From Eledone cirrhosa (Eukaryota): DNA of 64,000 bases. The position numbers were made by a program, and so were the translations under genes. The stretch is taken from contig OZ024742.1 of the NCBI GenBank assembly GCA_964016885.1, forward strand, positions 327,174,001-327,238,000, written 5' to 3'. Shown in pieces: positions 60,688 to 64,000 of the stretch. Every line of letters starts with the position of its first letter. The first letter of the stretch is position 1. The notes beneath the pieces were generated by a model that had not been told where the DNA came from, searched no databases, and saw nothing but the letters and a program-made list of their open reading frames with translations.

Positions 60688-63600
60688 AAGAAGAACAACA
60701 ACAACAACAACAAGAAAACTACTTCACATTACCTCTGTGTGAGGGCATGTGACTTAGTTTTTAGAGTGTTCAGCTCATCAGTGTAAGGTCATAAATTCAA
60801 CAGTGCAATGAGTATTTGAGTAAGGCACTTTTTTTCATGTCACTCTAGTTCACTCAGCTGGAAAAAAAATGAGCTATATCACACACCATGTCACACTTAA
60901 TCTCCCTGAGAACTGCATTAATGGTTCACATTCACCAAATCAACTGGAACTCTTGTCATCAGAACTGATGGAGGTTCAACAAACACATACCTATCCCACC
61001 CGTTTTCTAACACCTTTAATCAGTATATCAAACACATCTGAATATGGATACAAGTGGTATGAAATGACAAGGAACCATCATATATATGCTGCAGATGACA
61101 AACAAGAAACAGGGTTGCATACAATACACAGATACAGCAAAGAAATGGTTTAAAACTAAGTTCAGAAGAATTTAACCTTGATGAGGAGAAATTAGTAAAT
61201 ATCATTTATATCATGTTAGATAATGGAACAGATATAGTGGATTTAGAGCAAAACTGAGACTAATAAGCTAGACAGAGTAAAACATACACATACATGTACA
61301 CACACACATACATGTACACACACAAATACATGTACACACACAAATACATGTACACACACAGACAGAGAAAATAAAATGTTAGTAAAGAATATTTAGACGC
61401 ATTGGGTTAATACTTAAAACTAAATGCTAAATATTTAAAACAAGCTGTATAATTAAATAAGATATCTATACTGAGAATAACTATAAGCTAAATAAAAGAT
61501 CAAGACTAAATGACAAAACTAGGAAAATAATTTCTTCATAAAATACAAGAGTCAAAAGCCAACACAGAAAGATACTACAATCATTTTGAAAGTTGAGAGG
61601 TATGTATACTTCACAACTAGAAAATTATTATAAAACATATAATGTAGGACTATCCTGTGTAGGATGTTCCTCCAGGTTAAATGAGAGAGGATTGAATGAA
61701 TGGCTGCAGATAAATTGGCAACGAAAACTTGTAGGAAAAGCATACCACATACTACCAAGTCATATTTAATTACATGTGATAGTTGCAGCAGTTTATATAT
61801 ATATATATCATCATCATCATCATCATCGTTTAATGTCTATCTTCCACGCTAGCATTTAATTCTATGCCCATGGAAATGTTTCAATAATACTACTGTGAAT
61901 AAACATTCTTTTTCTTCTTAGTTCTTTTTCTTCTTCTTCTTCACCCACTTATTCCTGAGTGGGTCGTGGGAGCAGAGTCCTCAAACACTCCTTACTTTAA
62001 ACAAATTTTGAAGTTAGTTTTGAATGAAAGATTTTGACAAGCTCTAGTAGACAGGTGAAGTTAATGATGTCATACGTACTCAACACTAAAACCTAAACAA
62101 GCAATATAACATGTGAAACTAATTTGGCATTTGGCTATCTCATGATTTTATTTTCTTGCACTAATTTTCTCATATTGTTTACTAAACCCTCAATATATTC
62201 AACAGGTTTTAGGTCCAGCTCAAAACAAAGCCTTAATATCATTATTTCAGCTTTGGAGCTCTTTTAGTATAACTTGGTAAAGAAAAAGGTAAAGGGCCCT
62301 TAACTCCAAACAGAGCCACAGGGGTTGTTTAATACATTGTGTAAATTGGGCATTTAAAAACTAATGAAGCCCCCCCCCCCTTCTAGATCTGAATACAGCT
62401 GATTTCTTCCAGAGGAGATATAAAGGAAGAACTGACCCTATTACTGAACTTTTCAATAGGATTCACATCTAGAGATTGTTGAACCCATGATTTTCAAGAA
62501 TAGTTTCTATATATAATATTATTCTGTTATAAGTGAAATAGTCTATAAATGAAATGATATTTTTTTCAACAATTGAAATATTGCAACAAATGAGCAACTT
62601 TGTTTGAAATGAAGGAAAGTCATCAAGACCAACATGCCACCACATATGTTGTTTGTGACCAATCTCCTGCGAAATTTTCACTTGTCCAAATCAAACGTTG
62701 ATGATGTAAATAAGGGTAGATGGGGTGATTGATAACATTGACTGTGAATGATATTGAGGAACTTTCATTTTTACAGTTTGTACTGTTTAATCAATTGTTT
62801 CATTCAGTAAATTTTCTTTCTTTTTTTTTTCTTATTGATTGGATCTTTTAAGGAGAAGTCCCAATATACATTCTCGAGTGAATTTTCAGGGGCCTTCAAA
62901 TGGTATCACTTATATTTCTTAGATATCAAAGAATTCAAGATGCAAAGATAACATTTCAAATGTATTCAAGACAGTAAAATTAACCATTTTGTTACCTTAT
63001 TCCTAATGGCATACATGGCTGTTAACTTCCAATTAATTTTGAAATAATAAAAAACTTAGATGGACTTAGTAAAGCAACTAGTTTTTTCATTATTAATTTG
63101 GTGTTTAGAATATAACTTATGAAGTGGATCTTATAAAAAATTACAATGGAGGTTTTAGTTTAAACTTTTAGCATTTTAACTGGCATTTAAACAAGAACAT
63201 TTTGAAACAATGTTCTTCATGGAACCAGGGTCAGTTTCATGTAGATTGGTATAAAAAGGGTTAAAATAAACTAAAAGAATGAGAGCACATTCAGTATTAA
63301 TAGCAGTTCTTTGATGGATAAAGATTTATTAAAAACACAAGTAAAAACATGAGTAGAACACTATGAAGAAGTAAGCTGGGAAATTAAACAAACTTAGCTA
63401 CTGAATTAAAATGATTCTGATATGTAAGGAATGTGTCTATTATTCTGTATATAATTGGTACGAACAGAATAGATAACAATTGCTTCTCTAAAGAGAACAA
63501 TAGTTTACTTATAAATATAGGAAAGTTCCAGACAATAGCAAGAGAGTATTTGAATATTGACAGAGCTTTGTCTTAGAGAATTTGTTAATCATGAATATTT

Positions 63601-64000
63601 ATATGCGTCTTTCAAATTGTTCAAACACTCTTTAAGATATATAGTTGGACAATCTACGTATAGCTTTTAAATCATTAGTATACAGCAACAGCAGCAACAA
63701 ACACAACAACAACAATAATAATAATGATTTCTACTATAGGCATAAGGCCAGCAATTTTGGGGAGGGGAAAATCGGTTAAATTGACCCCAGTGCATTACTG
63801 GTGCTTTATCCTGTAAGGATGAACGACAAAGCTAACGTCGGTGGGATTTGAACTTAGAATGTAAAGGGCCATAATAATGGTTTCAAATGTAGGCACAAGG
63901 TCACGAATTTGGGATAGAAGACGAGTTGATTATATCAACCCCAGTATAATCTAATCTGTTTAGGGACAGTTGCTAATAGAATATCAACCAATCCTAAATT

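Noticed and set aside
49400-64000. Upstream MLCK exon(s) and promoter
   Set aside because: No convincing phase-1 donor exon found; probably outside the window or too short to recognise.

Overview
This is AT-rich, repeat-dense animal genomic DNA. The SINE/LINE repertoire and the (TA)n/(ATG)n load point to a coleoid cephalopod, most likely Octopus (inference). The only host gene is a myosin light chain kinase (MLCK/MYLK-type) on the minus strand. Eight GT-AG, phase-compatible coding exons (49396->3112, 977 nt over ~46 kb) rebuild a full kinase domain plus the RRKWQK calmodulin-binding tail. The 5' exon(s) were not found, and there is a candidate alternative exon at 5898. The introns hold RTE-clade LINEs (one near full-length), a CRE-type LINE relic, tRNA-derived CORE-like and Meta-like SINEs, mariner/hAT/piggyBac-type MITEs, Helitron-like elements and microsatellites. 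The most notable signal is a set of unrelated fold-back elements, mostly abutting (TA)n, that carry type I hammerhead ribozymes of Penelope/retrozyme style. Four have complete catalytic cores (9112-9182, 24590-24653, 35934-35990, 37324-37401) and all four lie on the MLCK pre-mRNA strand. Several decayed or half hammerheads are also present. All structures were folded by eye and activity is untested.
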